Below, one piece after another: positions 48,040-62,639 of a stretch of 64,000 nucleotides of DNA. Source of the DNA: Okamejei kenojei (Eukaryota); contig CM069147.1 in the NCBI GenBank assembly GCA_035221665.1, forward strand, positions 25,544,001 through 25,608,000, given 5' to 3'. The stretch's first letter is position 1, and each line of letters starts with the position of its first letter. Under the pieces are notes generated by a model. The model was not told where the DNA came from, did not search any database, and saw only the letters and a program-made list of their open reading frames with translations. The position numbers and the translations under genes are program-made.

Positions 48040-50945
48040 CATAGATACATAGACAATAGGTGCAGGAGTAGGCCATTCGGCCCTTCGAGCCAGCACCGCC
48101 GTTCACTGATCATCCACAATCAGTTCCCCATTCTTGCCTCCTCCCCATATCCCTTGATTCCTCTTGTCCTAAGAGCTCAATCCAACTCTCTTTTGAATGT
48201 ATGCAGTGAATCGGCCTCCACTGCCTTCTGAGACAGAGCATTCCACAAATTCACAGCCCCATGGGTGAAAAAGGTTTTCCTCATCTCAGTTCTACCCCTT
48301 ATTCTTAAGGCCTACCCCTTATTCTTATAATGTCCTACCCCTTATTCTTAAATTGTGGCCCCTGGTTCTGGACTCCCTCAAAATCGGGAACATGTTTCCT
48401 GCATCTAGCCGTTAATAATTGTATAAGTTTCTATACGATCCCCTCTCATCCTTCTAAATTCCAGTGAATACATGCCCAGTCGCTCCATTCTTTCATCATA
48501 TGACAGTCACGCCATCCCCGGAATTAACCTTGGGAACCTACGCTGCACTCCCTCAATAGCAAGAATGTCCTTCCTCAAATTAGGAGACCAAAGCTGCACA
48601 CAATACTCCAGGTGTGGTCACACTAGGGTCCTGTACAACTGCAGAAGGACCTCTTTGCACCTATACTCAACTCCTCTCATTATGATGGCCAACCTGCCAT
48701 TAGCTTTCTTCACTGCCTTCTGTACCTGCATGCTTACTTTCAGTGACTCAAAGTAACTCCCAGATCCCGTTGTACTTCCCCTTTCCCTAACCTGACACAA
48801 TTCAGATAATAATCTGCCTTCTTGTTCTTGCCACCAAAGTGGATAACCTCACATTTATCCACATTATACTGCATTCGCCATGCTTCTGCCCACTCACCCA
48901 ACCTGCGCAAGTCACCCCGCATCCTCATAGCATCCGCTTCACAGTTGGCACTGCCACCCAGACTTGTGTCATCTCCAAATTTGCTAATGTTACTTATAAT
49001 TATTTCATCTAAGTCAATAATATATATTGTAAATAGATGTGGTCCCAGCACCGAGCCTTGCGGGTCCCCACTAGTCATTGCCTGCCATTCTGAAAGGGAC
49101 CCATTAATCCCTACACTTTGTTTCCTGTCGGCCAACCAATTTTCTATCCATGTCAATACTTACCCCCAATTCCATGTGCTCTACTTTTGCCCTCTAATCT
49201 CCTGTGTGGGACATTACCAAAGGCTTTCTGAATGTCCAGGCACACTACATCCACTGGCTCTCCCTTGAACATTTTAGTTGTTACACCCTCAAAAAATCCC
49301 AGATGATTAGTCAAGCATGATTTCCCCTTCGTAAATCCATGCTGACTTGAACCGATCCTGTCATTGCTATCCATACGCGCCGCTATTACCTATTTAGTAA
49401 TCGACTTCAGCATCTTCCCCGCCACTGATGTCAGGCTAACAGGTCTATAATTCCCTGCTTTTTCGCTCTCTCTTTCTTAAAACGTGGGATAACATCGGCT
49501 ACTCTCCAATCCACAGGAACTGACCCAGACTCTATTAAACATTGGAAAATTATCACCAATGCGTCCACAATTTTTGAACCACCTCCCCGGGTACCCTGTG
49601 TTACAGACCATCAGGCTCTGGGGATGTATCAGCATTCAGTCCCATCAGTCTACCCAACACCATTTCCTGACTAATGTGAATTTCCTTCAGTTTCTCCATC
49701 ACCCTAGGTGCTCTGTCCCCTAGTATAGCTGGGAGATTGTTTGTGTTTTCCTTAGTGAAGATAGAACCAAAATACCTGTTCAACTCACCTGCCATTTCCT
49801 TGTTTCCCATAATAAATTCACCAGTTTCTGTCTTCAAGGAGCCCACATTTGTCTTAACTATTTTTTTCCTCTTCACATACATAAAGACGGTTTTACTATC
49901 CTCCTTTCCATTCTTGGCTAGCTTACCTTTGTACCTCATTTTTCTCCTCGTATTGCCTTTTTAGTTACCTCTGTTGATCTTTAAAAGTGTCCCAATCCTT
50001 TGGCCTTCCGCTCATCTAAACTATGTTATACGTCTTATCTTTTATTTCTATACTGTCCTTGACTTCCCTTGTCAATCACAGTCGCCTCTTGCTCCCCTTA
50101 GAATCTTTCTTCCTCTTTGGAATGAAAAGATCCTGCATTATCTGGATTATTCCCTGAAATACCTGCCATTGGTGTTCCACTGTCATCCCTGCTAGGGTCC
50201 GTTTCCAGTCAACTTTGGCCATCTCCTCTCTCATGCTTCCATCGTCCCCTTTGTTCAACTGCAATACTGACACTCCCAATTTTACCTTCTCCCTCTCAAA
50301 TTGCAGATTGAAACTTATCATATTATGGTCACTACCTCGTAATGGTTCTTTTATCTTGAGTTCCTTTATCAAATCCGGTTCATTACACAACACTAAATCC
50401 AGAATTGCCTTCTCCATAGAAACATAGAAACATAGAAAATAGGTGCAGGAGGAGGCAATTGGGCCTTTCGAGCCAGCACCGCCATTCATTGTGATCACGA
50501 TTGATCGTCCACTATCAATAACCCGTGCCTGCCTTCTCCCCATATCCCTTGACTCCACTAGCCCCTAGATCTATTTAACCATCTCTTAAATTATTGGCCT
50601 CCACTGCCCTCTGTGGCAGGGAATTCCATAAATTCACAAACCCCATAAACTCCACAAATTCACAAATTCCATAAATCCACAAATTCCATAAACTCCCTGG
50701 TAGGCTCCGGTACAAGCTGTTCTAAGAATCCATCTCGGAGGTACTCTACAAATTCCCTTTCTTGGGATCCAGTGCCAAGCTGATTTTCCCAGTCAACCTG
50801 CATGTTGAAATCTCCAATAACCACCGTATCATTACCTTTTGTTACATGCCAATTTTAACCCCTGATGCAACTTGCACGCTATATCCAGGCTACTGTTTGG
50901 GGGCCTGTAGATAACTCCCATTAGGGTATTTTTACCCTTACAATT
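48040..50945 (-). mobile_element. Older CR1 LINE with a nested CR1 3' fragment (about 50418-50700)
   Basis: Fragments ILDLVLCNEP..SDHN, QHGFTKGKSCLTN, GDPQGSVLGP and FGDD. Confidence 0.9.
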
Positions 50946-51194
50946 ACATTTTTATTTTATTTTTTTTTAATTTCCAAAATGTTTATGATAAAGCTTCACA
51001 CAGAAGACTTTAAGGTTTTAGGCCCAATCATTAGTTTATATTATACAGTTATAACATTAAATGCAGAAAGTATTTATCAATGAATAACTTAAATTGGAAA
51101 CTATTCAACACTCGTTTACCCATCCTAATTTGGTCCAAATCACTACACATGCTTGCTGATTAGAAACGCTCTTCTTATTCCCTCCACAGTTTTA

Positions 51195-54100
51195 ATTTCT
51201 TTTTTTTTCCTTTTTTTTGTGTTTATTTTTGTTAGAAGTAAGTACAATAGTCTGGTACTTAAGTGCCTAATACATAAATACATATTTTCATTCTTGTACA
51301 ACTTCATACTTTTGATTCAATAATAAAAGAACAGTGAGAGAAAAAAGAAATAAAGAGTGTCGGAATAGATAGACAAGCGAGTAGAAACAGAAAGCGAAAG
51401 AAATAAAGGACAGAGATGAGAAGTTAAAAGATTGAAAGAAAAGGAGAAAGTAAAGAAAAGAGAGATTAGGAGAGATCTACCTATCTCGTATTTTTGCCCA
51501 TCCGTCACCCAGTTCTAAACCATTTAATTTCTAAGGTTATGTTATGTTGCACCATATGCTTGTAAAAAGTTGACAAAAGGAGACCAAATCTTTAAGAATT
51601 GGTCTACTTTGCCTAGTAGGAGGAATCTAATTTCTTCAATATGTAGCGTTTCGGACATGCTTGAGATCCACATTTTGAATGATGGCATAGGTGCGTTTTT
51701 CCAAAATTTAAGTATAAGTTGTTTTGCTGTTATTAGACCATAATTAAGAAAAGCTTCTTGGAATATAGTTAGTTTACTTCCCTCTTCCATTGATCCAAAG
51801 ATAATCAATTCTGTATTGGGGTTCAATTTTGTGTTAAATAGTTTTGTAAAAATTCCAAAAATTTCATTCCAAAATTTATACAGTTTTGTACAAGAGACAA
51901 AGGAATGTGCTATAGTGGCATTTTGAGTTAGATATTTGTCGCAGACGGGGGAAACATTTGAACATATTTTATTCAGTCTTGTTTTCGAATAATATAATCT
52001 ATGTAAAATTTTAAATTGAATTAGGTTATGTCTTACATTCATTGAACATTTGTTTACATATAATAATTTTTATCCCATCTATCGTTCGGAATTTTTATCA
52101 ATAACTCTTGTTCCCAGTCTTCTAATTGCCTCTGTCGTTGGTGTTTCTATATTTAGAATTATATTATATAAGTAAGATATTAAATTGCTTGATTCTGCCT
52201 TTCTATTCATTCCTTCCACCAATAAATCTGGGGTTAAAGTTTGATATCCTTGTATATACTTTTTCAAATAATCTTGAATTTGAAGGTATTTGAAATATTG
52301 ACTACTTTTCTAATTATATTTTAGTTGTAGTTGTTGGAATGATTAAAAAAATCCCATTTCATACATATCTCCCATCGTTTTAATTCCTATTCTTTTCCCA
52401 ATGGATAAACGTTTTATCAATAATGGATGGTTTGAATGAGGGATTATTAGCTATTGGAGAAAGAAGCGATAATTTTCTTAATTTTAAAGTTAATTTTATT
52501 TGTTTCCAAATTCGTACTATACTATGAATAATTGGATTCTTCTTGTATATTATATTGTTCAGTTTTATCGGGGAAAGAAGTATCGCTCCTATATTATAAG
52601 GGGAACAATCCTCTTTCTCCATTCTTATCCAATCTACCTGTTGGGCAGAACTGTCCAACCAGTAGATTATATTTTTAATATTCACTGCTGAATAATAATA
52701 CAATAAGTTAGGGAGTGTCAGTCCCCCTGATTCTTTAGATTTACACAAGTTTTTTTTTAAATTCTGTGTGATTTATAATCCCATATGAAATTTATAACAT
52801 CAGAATCTAGTTTTTTAAAGAATTTTTTAGGTAAGTATATTGGTATTGATAGAAATAGGTACAATATTTGTGGTAAGAAGATCATTTTTATCGCGTTTAT
52901 TCTGCCTATTAAAGACATCGGCAGTGTTTTCCAAAATTTAATCAACCCATTTAATTTAGTTAATAAAGGCATATAGTTTGCGTTGAGTAATGATTTATAG
53001 TTCCTAGTAATTTGGATGCCCAAATACTTAAATTTTTATGTTGTAATTCTAAAAGGGAATTTCAACAGATGTGTCGACTCTTGAGGTTTTATTGTCATAA
53101 TTTTGCTTTTGTTCCAATTTAATCTATATCCTGAAAAATAACCAAATTCCTCTATTAAATTTAGTATATTTGGTATACTAATTTGCGAATTTGTAATATA
53201 TAATAATATGTCGTCTGCATATAATGAAATTTTATTATTTGAGTGCTTGGTATTATACCCATGAATATTCGGATGGCTTCTTATACTTTCAGCTAAAGGC
53301 TCTATCACTAGTGCAAATAGCAGGGGTGATAACGCGCACCCCTGCCTATTGCCCCTTGCTAATTGGAATTTCGGGGATAATATATTATTAGTCAGTATTC
53401 TAGCCGTCGGCTTATCATATAATAATTTTACCCATGAAATAAAATTATCTCCCATTCCAATACTTTGAATAAATATTGCCATGCTACTTGATCGAAAGCT
53501 TTTTCTACATCCAATGAAATAATTGCTAGTTCTTCTTCAGTAATATGTGAGTACATTATATTAGACAGCCGTCTCAAATTGTTAAATGAGTATCTCTTTG
53601 GTATGAACCCTGTTTGGTCCAGATTTATTAGTTTAATAACATATTTACTCAATCTTCTCGCTAGGGTCTTTGCTAATATTTTTTGGTCTGTATTTAGGAG
53701 TGCAATAGCTCTATATGAGCCTGGGTCTTCTAGATCTTTATCCTTTTTTGGTATAAGTGTAATAGTTGACTCCGTTAGTGTTTCTGGTAGCTTATTTTCT
53801 TCAAAAGCGTATATATATATAAATCTTGCAACCGTGGAGAAATTATCTCGTAGAATCTTTTATAGAATTCATTACTAAAGCCATCTGGTCCTGGCGTTTT
53901 GCCATTCTTCAACAAACTAATTGTTTCTTCTATTTCCTGTAGTGTAATCTGAGCTCCTAATCCCTCTTGTTCCACCATATTTAATTTTGGAAGATTACAC
54001 TTATCTAAGAAATTTGTAATTTGAGTATTATTTGCACAGGTTTTCGATGTATATAAGTTTTGATAAAATTGAGCAAATCTTTTATTAATATCTTTAGGTA

Positions 54101-56180
54101 GTGTTAGTAATTCCCCTTTGTCTGATTTAATTTTAGTAATTGTATTTCCTGTTTCCCGTTTTTTCAGTTGGCATGCTAGGAGTTTATGAGATTTATCACC
54201 AAATTCGAAATTTTCTTGTTTTGTAATTTGAAATAATCTTATTATTCTGGCCGATAAAATTCTATTTAATTTATATTTTAGTATTATTATCTTATTATGT
54301 TTATCTATAGTTGGTTCTTTGGCATTTTTTAAATCTAATTGTCTAATTTCTTGTTCTAACTGCAATTGTTCAGTATTATTCTTTTTATTTTGGAAAGCTT
54401 GATATGAGATTATAGTTCCTCTAATAAATGCCTTAAAAGTTTCCCATAATAAGGAGGGTGAAATAACTGGTGTATCATTTGTCTCAAAGAAGAATCTCAT
54501 CTGCTCTTTTAAATATGTGCAACCTTGTGAGTTATTTAAAATTTGGGGGTTAAATCTCCAAAACGAATTTTTATCAGGCATTCCTTCTAATTTTAAAGAA
54601 AAAGTTAACGGGGAATGATCAGAAATAATACTATTATGATATTTAGAAATATATGTATATGGAATTAATTTTGTGTCCACTAAGAAATAATCAATACGTG
54701 AATATGTTTTATATACTGTTGAATAAAATGAATATTCCCTACCTTCTGGGTTAGTGATCCTCCATACATATGTTATATTAGTATTTTTCATGTATGTATT
54801 TAGTTCACTCGTTTTAGATTTTATGTTAGTCCTTTTTTGTTTTGCTGATTTATCCAAATATGGATCTAAAACACAATTCAAATCTCCCCCTATTATCACA
54901 TTTTGATGATTAAGTTCTGAAATTATATCCAAAATTTTACTAAAGAATTGGGGGTTGTCAAAATTAGGAGTATAAATATTTATCAAAGTAAGTGGAGTAG
55001 AATAAATTCCTCCCATGACAATGACGTACCTCCCCTCTTTATCTGCTATGGTATTCTTTAATTTAAATGGTATACCTTTACGAATGTAAATGAAGAGTAG
55101 TATGTTTGCCCAATCCAATTTGCCTTCAGTCTTATCTGTGTTTGATATTTCAGATGCGTCTCTTGTAAGAAAATAATGTCACTGTTTAAGGCTTTTAATT
55201 TGGCAAAGATCTTACCCCTTTTAATTGGTTCATTAGCGCCCCTTATATTCCAACTACAAAATGTGATTCCTCCAGTTTTCTTTTGTTTATCGTCTTGCAT
55301 TATGAATCATGTTAATACCTTTACTTCATATGGTGCAACCAAGAACCTTATAACTCCAGATGAAGGGTGGTCATCCCCAGCTGTTAAGTTTTGTTGGCAT
55401 CTCCCCTTCAGAATAAACCTTGAAAAAGACCAGAAAGTGTAGAGTCGTGAAAAGATAATTAACAAACAAAAAGTGATATTATAATATCCAAAAATAAAGA
55501 TATTATAATTAAAAACAAACCACCAGGTGGTAGAAAAATTCTTATTGACTTCCGTAGATGTTTTTATGTTTCGCTCTGCCCCCTTGACCAATTATTATTA
55601 ATTGGAAGAGAGAGTGATACAAAGTTCAAAATTATATATATAAAATAAAACGTACTCCAATAGCTAGATTAGAAATGTATCTTCAAAGAGGAAAAACAAA
55701 ATAAAAAGTAGTTTCCAACATTAAGTATATACTTAGATATAACGGTAATTATGTTAATTACATATCCATATCTATCAATATGCCTAGATTTATTACAATT
55801 AAGTCTCAAACTTTTGTATCAGACAACAGCAGGTTCCAAGGGGTTAACCAGATTCAGACCCTTGGATAACTTCCAAGTATCCGAGTCTCCCCCCCCCCCT
55901 TTACGCGCAATCTAGACTAAGTCTACTATATCCATAAAATGTATTAATATGTTATTAATACTTATCAATCATATTTAACTCGTTATTCTTATTAGCAAAT
56001 AATTAACATCATGAAATAAACATCAGCTATAGTTAAGCTATGCCTTAATATTACACAATTTTATTAATTATATTTTATGTTAGTATGTAATTATATGTTT
56101 CTTAAATCATAAATTTCTATATACAGTTTTAATTTCTTTAAACCCTAAAACCTTCAAAGGATTTCTCCAAGTGTTTCCAA
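51195..56180 (-). mobile_element. L1-clade LINE with complete but disrupted ORF2 (ATG 55300 to stop 51542) and AT-rich upstream region; related to the copy at 1-4205
   Basis: ITFCSWNIRG..FLQETH, SRIDYFL..SDH, RQGCALSPLLF..LYADD, CDKY..HSFVSC. AATAAA and A-tail at about 51195-51230. The 5' boundary is approximate. Confidence 0.92.
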
Positions 56181-56214
56181 TTCTGACCTTTGTTCCCAAT
56201 TTTTTAATCTTTTT

Positions 56215-57420
56215 ATTATTATTATTTTTAATTTGTTATTACTATACAAAACAAAAAAGAGAAAGAAAAGAAAGAGAAGAAAGACAACAGAAAAAACCGC
56301 CAGACATAACACTATTGGTGCAATCCACATGGTGCCACACAGTCAGGCATTGCAAGAGCACAAGTAAAGAGCACAGGACTACATCGCTGCAGAAAATATG
56401 AAATTATTGGTCTTTGAGATGGTTAATAAATGGTCCTCAAACACTTAAAAATTTGTTGGGTACCTTGGAGTTGTGGAAGCGTATCCTTTCCATCTGTATG
56501 ATTATTATCATTTCATAGGGCCATTTTTCGAAGCAGGGGGTGTGGATGATTTCCAGTCTGTTAGGATCATTTTATTGGCTGCCACCATACCAAGCATCAG
56601 TGCTTGTTGTTCTTCAGACGTGAAGGTCAAAGCAGTCTCTGGGCATCCAAAAAGTGCCAGTTCTGGATCAGGGGGAATATCTTTTCCATAGATCCCAGAG
56701 AACCACTTAAATATCTCAGACCAGTATCTTTGTATATGAGGACAGAGCCAGAAAATGTGTATCAAAGAACCATCTGCACCTTTGCATCTGTCACATAATG
56801 GAGAAATAGATGGATAGATTCGATGTAATTTGGTCTTTGATTAATGGAGTCTATGGATGACTTTAAACTGAATCAGTTTATACCTGACATTTATCGAACA
56901 AGTTTGGATTCTGGTCAAACCTTCATTCCAAATGTCGTCAGACACCTCGAAAGTCAGCTCAGTAGACCAAGCTTCTTTCAGATGGTTAGTGGATATAGAA
57001 GTGGTGAATAGACGCACAAAGCGAGTTATTAGATGTTTGGAGCCCGGAGTAAGCTACAGGAGCTCGTAGAGTGGGCGACTGTCAGGCATGGTTTGAAAAT
57101 TTGGAATTTGGTCTTTAACGTAGTGCCTAGTTTGGAGATAGCGAAAAAAATAAGAGTTGGAAAGGTTAAATTATGATTTCAGCTGATTAAACTAAGCAAA
57201 CTTTTTGTCTATATATAAATCTCTGAGGGTCGCAAGGCCCTTGTCCCTCCAGACAGTAAATACCCCATCCGTCTGTGATGGCAAAAAGGAATGGTTGTGA
57301 CATATGGGGGTGTAAATAGAGACATTTGACAAACGAGGCATATAGAGAGTTCCACGAAAAGTGGATCCATCCTGTTGTCCCATCAATGTGATTATAATTA
57401 CGGACGTCCATTTGCAGAAC
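56215..57420 (-). mobile_element. L1-clade LINE 3' fragment of a different family
   Basis: HIFWLCPHIQRYW..ALFG..ILTDWKS and TPICHNHSFLP..WRDKGLATLRDLY. Confidence 0.8.
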
Positions 57421-57901
57421 ATGATACAACAGGTTATATCCTGTTATACCATCAAAACAATTACATGTTTTTCGAAGTGGTGGGTTCTGGCCTCAATATT
57501 TTCTGGTGCTAGTAGAGAACATAATAAAACGACCATATTTAATCATCAACGTGTCACAACCTGCCTGCCAATAGTCGGTTAATAATCGAGTTGTGACCAG
57601 ATTCTTTCGGCTGCAGAAATTGACCATTTCGGTCATTCTATTCTTGTTATTTGAACCTCTCCTCGTTAGTCATAATGCTACAGAAAAGCACACGGAAAAG
57701 TTGAAAACCTTTGGTTTGCTTCCGCTTTCCTGTGATAACTGCCCCTATTTAAATAGCCCGACCTTTGCAACATTTCACCTAGTGTTTAAAAGCGTCTACT
57801 TTTATAACAAACGAAAACAATGCTTTTGCAGCCAACTCCTTAAACCGGTTAAAATGTTTCCCATAGAATGCTGCGGCCGGAGAAAAGGCCCTGTGGTTTA
57901 A

Positions 57902-60457
57902 ATTAGTAGTAAGCACAAGGTAGTGATATTAGTAGTAAGCACAAGGTAGTGATATTAGTAGTAAGCACAAGTAGTGATTGTGGGAGATTTCAATTTTCCA
58001 AAAATAGACTGGGAAACACATTCTGTAAATGGGCTGGATGGTTTGGAGTTTGGAAAATGTGTGCAGGATAGTTTTTTGCAGCAGTACATAGAGGTATCGA
58101 CCAGAGAAGGGGCAGTGCTGGACCTCCTGTTAGGAAATGAGGCAGGTCAGGTGACGGAGGTATGCGTTGGTGAGCACTTCGGGACCAGTGATCACAATAC
58201 CATTAGTTTCAATATAATTATGGAGAGAGTCAGAACTGGACCTAGGGTGGAGATTTTTGATTGGAGAAAGGCTAACTTTGAGGGAATGCGTAAGGATTTT
58301 AAAGGAGTGAATTGGGACACTTTGTTTCATGGGAAGGATGTAGAAGAGAAATGGAGGACATTTAAAGGGGAAATTGTAAGCGTACAGAATCTTTATGTCC
58401 CTGTTAGGTTGAAAGGAAATAGTAAAAATTGGAAAGAGCCATGGTTTTCAAGGGAAATTGGACACTTGTTTCGAAAAAAGAGAGATATCTACAATAACTA
58501 TAGGAGGCATGGAGTAAATGAGGTGCTAGAGGAGTATAAAGAATGTAAAAAGAATCTTAAGAAAGAAATTAGGAAGGCTAAAAGAAGATATGAGGTTGCT
58601 TTGGCAAGAAAGGTGAAAGTAAACCCAAAGGGTTTCTACAGCTATATTAATAGCAAAAGGATAACGAGGGATAAAATTGGACCATTAGAGAACCAGAATG
58701 GACAGCTATCTGCAGAGCCAAAAGAGATGGGGAAGATATTGAACAATTTCTTTTCTTCGGTATTCACCAAGGAGAAGGATATTGAACTCGGTGAGTTAAG
58801 GGGAAAAAGTAGAGTAGCTATGGAAACTATGAGATTCAAAGAGGAGGAAGTACTGACATTTTTGAAAAATATAAAAGTGGATAAGTCTCCAGGTCCTGAC
58901 AGGATATTCCCTAGGACATTGAGGGAAGTTAGTGTAGAAATAGCAGGAGCTATGACAGAAATATTTCAAATGTCATTAGAAACGGGAATAGTGCCGGAGG
59001 ATTGGCGTACTGCGCATGTTGTTCCAATGTTTAAAAAGGGTTCAAAGAATAAACCTAGCAATTATAGACCTATTAGTTTGACGTCAGTGGTGGGCAAATT
59101 AATGGAAAGGATACTTAGAGATAATATATATAAGCATCTGGATAAACAGGGTCTGATCAGGAACAGTCAACATGGATTTGTGCCTGGAAGGTCATGTTTG
59201 ACAAATCTTCTTGAATTTTTTGAAGAGGTAACTAGGGAAATTGTTGAGGGTAAAGCAGTGGATGTTGTCTATATGGATTTCAGTATGGCCTTTGACAAGG
59301 TTCCCCATGGAAGGTTGGTTAAGAAGGTTCAATCTTAAGGTTTAATGGCGGAGTAGCAAGATGGATTCAACATTGGCTGAATGGGAGATGGCAGAGAGTA
59401 ATGGTGGATGGCTGTTTGTCAGGTTGGAAGCCGGTGACCAGTGGGGTGCCTCAGGGATCTGTGTTGGCTCCACTGTTGTTTGTCATGTACATCAATGATC
59501 TGGATGATGGGGTGGAAAATTGGATAAGTAAGTATGCAGATGATACTAAGATAGGTGGTGTTGTGGATAATGAAGTAGATTTTCAAAGTCTACAGAGAGA
59601 TTTGGGCCATTTGGAAAAGTGGGCTGAAAGATGGCAGATGGAGTTTAATGCTGATAAGTGTGAAGTGCTACATCTTGGCAGGACAAATCAAAATAGGGCG
59701 TACATGGTAAATGGTAGGGAATTGAGGAATGCTGTGGAACAGAGGGATCTAGGAATAACTGTGCATAGTTCCCTGAAGGTGGAATCGCATGTATATAGGG
59801 TGGTAAAGAAAGCCTTTGGTGTGCTGGCCTTTATAAATCAGAGCATTGAATATAGGAGTAGGGAAGTAATGTTAAAATTGTACAAGGCATTGGTAAGATC
59901 AATTCTGGAGTATGGTGTACAATTTTGGTCGCCTAGTTATAGGAAGGATGTCAACAAAATAGAGAGAGTACAGAGGAGATTTACTAGAATGTTGCCAGGG
60001 TTCCAGCAACTATGTTACAGAGAAAGGTTGAACAAGTTAGGTCTTTAATCTTTGGAGCACAGAAGGTTAAGGGGGGACTTGATTGAGGTCTTTAAAATGA
60101 TGAAAGGGATAGACAGAGTTGACGTGGATACGTTTTTCCCATTGAGGGTAGGGAAGATTCAAACAAGAGGGCATGACATGAGAATTAAAGGACAGAGGTT
60201 TCGGGGTAACGTGAGGGGGAACTTCTTTACTCAGAGGGTGGTGGCTGTGTGGAATGAGCTTCCAGCAGAAGTGGTGGAGGCAGGATCGATTTTAACATTT
60301 CAGAGTAAAGTGGATAGGTATATGGACGTGAAGGGAATGGAGGGGTATGGTCTGAGTGCAGGTAGATGGCACTAGGGAAAACAAATGGTCGGCACGGACT
60401 GGAAGGGCCGAGAGGGCCTGTTTCCGTGCTGTAATTGTTATATGGTGTTATATGGTA
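57902..60457 (+). mobile_element. Young CR1 LINE, 5'-truncated in the endonuclease, with a triplicated 26-bp 5' end
   Basis: ORFs 57974-59338, 59401-60048 and 60052-60375 contain GDFN, SDH and YADD. Nearly identical to 12304-14296. Confidence 0.96.
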
Positions 60458-60929
60458 AATATATCTATCTATCTGTCGTTATCTCAGCACTCCTCTTTGC
60501 TCCTTCAACTGACATTGCCATTTTCGGGAAAAACACGAAGGATTGTAGCAATTCAGCGGGTTAGGCAGCATCTACGGGGGGGCATCGATGACGAAGTTTG
60601 TGACTCAACCCCAAAAGTCCCCTATCCATCGTATCCCCTGATGCTGACAAACGGCCGAGTTACTCAAGCACTTTGCGTTTTGCATCTGCAGTTCCTGTGT
60701 CGCTAATTTCGGACAAGAATCAACTCATTTCTTACCTTCAGTGCTGTGTAATTTGCTCCGCCTGGCAAAAAATGCCAGCGCTGGATTAATTCGCACGCAT
60801 ATGGCAAATCCACCCGCCAGAAAGCAGAAGAGTTTAACGCTAGTTCCTAAAGGCAAAATAAAAGCTGAACATTAGAATTTTTCAGAGGTTATCTTCATTG
60901 AATAATCAGATTACATGAACCAAGGAATT

Positions 60930-61760
60930 ACAGAATGGGTTCCACATTTTCACTTTGCTACGCTGTATTCCATCTGCCACTTATTTACCCACTCTCTCAA
61001 ACTGTCCAAGGCCTGCAGCAAACTCCCTGCTTCCTCAACACTATCTGCCCCTGAACCTACCTTAGTGTCATCTGAAAACCTGGCGAAAAAGCCATCAATT
61101 TCATCATCCAGATAATTAACATATAATGTAAAATGACACAACACCGACCCATGCAGAACACCACTAGTCAACCGCAATAAACCACAAAAGGCCCCTTTAT
61201 TTACACTGTTTGTCTTCTGCCAGTCAGCAAGTCTTCAATCCGTGCTAATCCCTTGCCTCTAATACCTCTAATGCCTTGCGCATCTATTTTGTTTAACGGC
61301 CTCAAATGCCTATTACAATTCCAAACGACGCTTATTGATACCCTCTCGTCTATCCCGCTTGTTATCTCCTCAAAAAACCCTAAAAGAATTGACAGGCAAG
61401 AATTAACAAAACCATGCCGACATTTGCTTATTTTATCATGTGCATCCAAGTACCCGAAATGTGATCATTAATACGGATTCTAAAATTTAGCCTTTAAAGA
61501 GGACTGGACTTACTCTATATATTATTCTGCCTGATACAATATACACGTAAGTCACGTTATACCACCCCGATAAAGTGACACTCTGGATCCACTCCAGGCA
61601 CATCTTCGCAGTTAGTAAATCTGCTGTTTCACGTCTGCAAAGACCCTGGAACAATTCTGACCTCCAGTGTTCTCTGGAGTTTTTATATTCCCACGATGAC
61701 CACGTTACTTCCGTAGGGTACTCTAATATCTCCCCAAATCTCAACGATTTGCAGGATTGT
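60930..61760 (-). mobile_element. Degenerate CR1 RT fragment
   Basis: TSGVLHGSVL..FSDDTKVG..WQMEYSVAK. Confidence 0.75.
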
Positions 61761-62639
61761 TGGTTAATTGGCCATTATACAGTCATTAAGTTTGAAGAGG
61801 GGTCTCGACCCGAAACGTCACCCATTCCTCCTCTCCAATGACGCTGCCTGTCCCGTTGAGCGACTGCAGTATTTTGTGTCTATCTCCGTCAGTAATGTGA
61901 TTGTCATTTTGTGGGAAGTTGATAGGACTGTGCAGGGAATGAAATGGGGCGACAGTAGGTTTTGAACAATTAGGGACCAGCTGATCCCAAGCACCTGTTT
62001 TCTTACTTTAACTACATAAAACATGTATACCCGAACCGTTGGTGTTGGGCCTGGAGAAAAGTATACAGTCTCCGTCGCTAATGGGATCCTTATTATTTAT
62101 CAAGAAAGAACTAACATGTAAAAGCAACGAGGTTGTGCCATTGCTTTTGGATAGAAAGTACGTCCAGTGCAAGATTGGGCAAATAAGTTAAGGGCAATGT
62201 TTACAATGCTCTCTCTCCATTAGCTTTCCATTTCAATTTCATATTTTCAACATTCATCTGGGGGGGGGGGGGGGGTGCTGCTATTAATTCCCATTGGAAG
62301 CCCGCGTACTCGCACAGTTATCTCCAGCGCGTTTCCTCCGACTGAGCCAGGTCAACGGGCTCGATTTCCTATGTCTTTTCTGAGACATTGTTTGACATTT
62401 TCTGATAATCGCACGTTCTGTAATCGCAAATTTCACTGGACCTTAATTGGTACATGTGACAATAAACTGACCTTGAAACCTTGAAACGTATCGCTATTTC
62501 TATAAGCACCCTCTACTTCAACATGTTTGCCTCCATCATAGTTTGGTCCTCAGCCATGCATGCTCAATTTATCAGTCTGCTGCTCTGAAATCTCGTCCCA
62601 ACACCCACCTGGAACAAGAAGAGCTTTCTCCTTGTCCAT

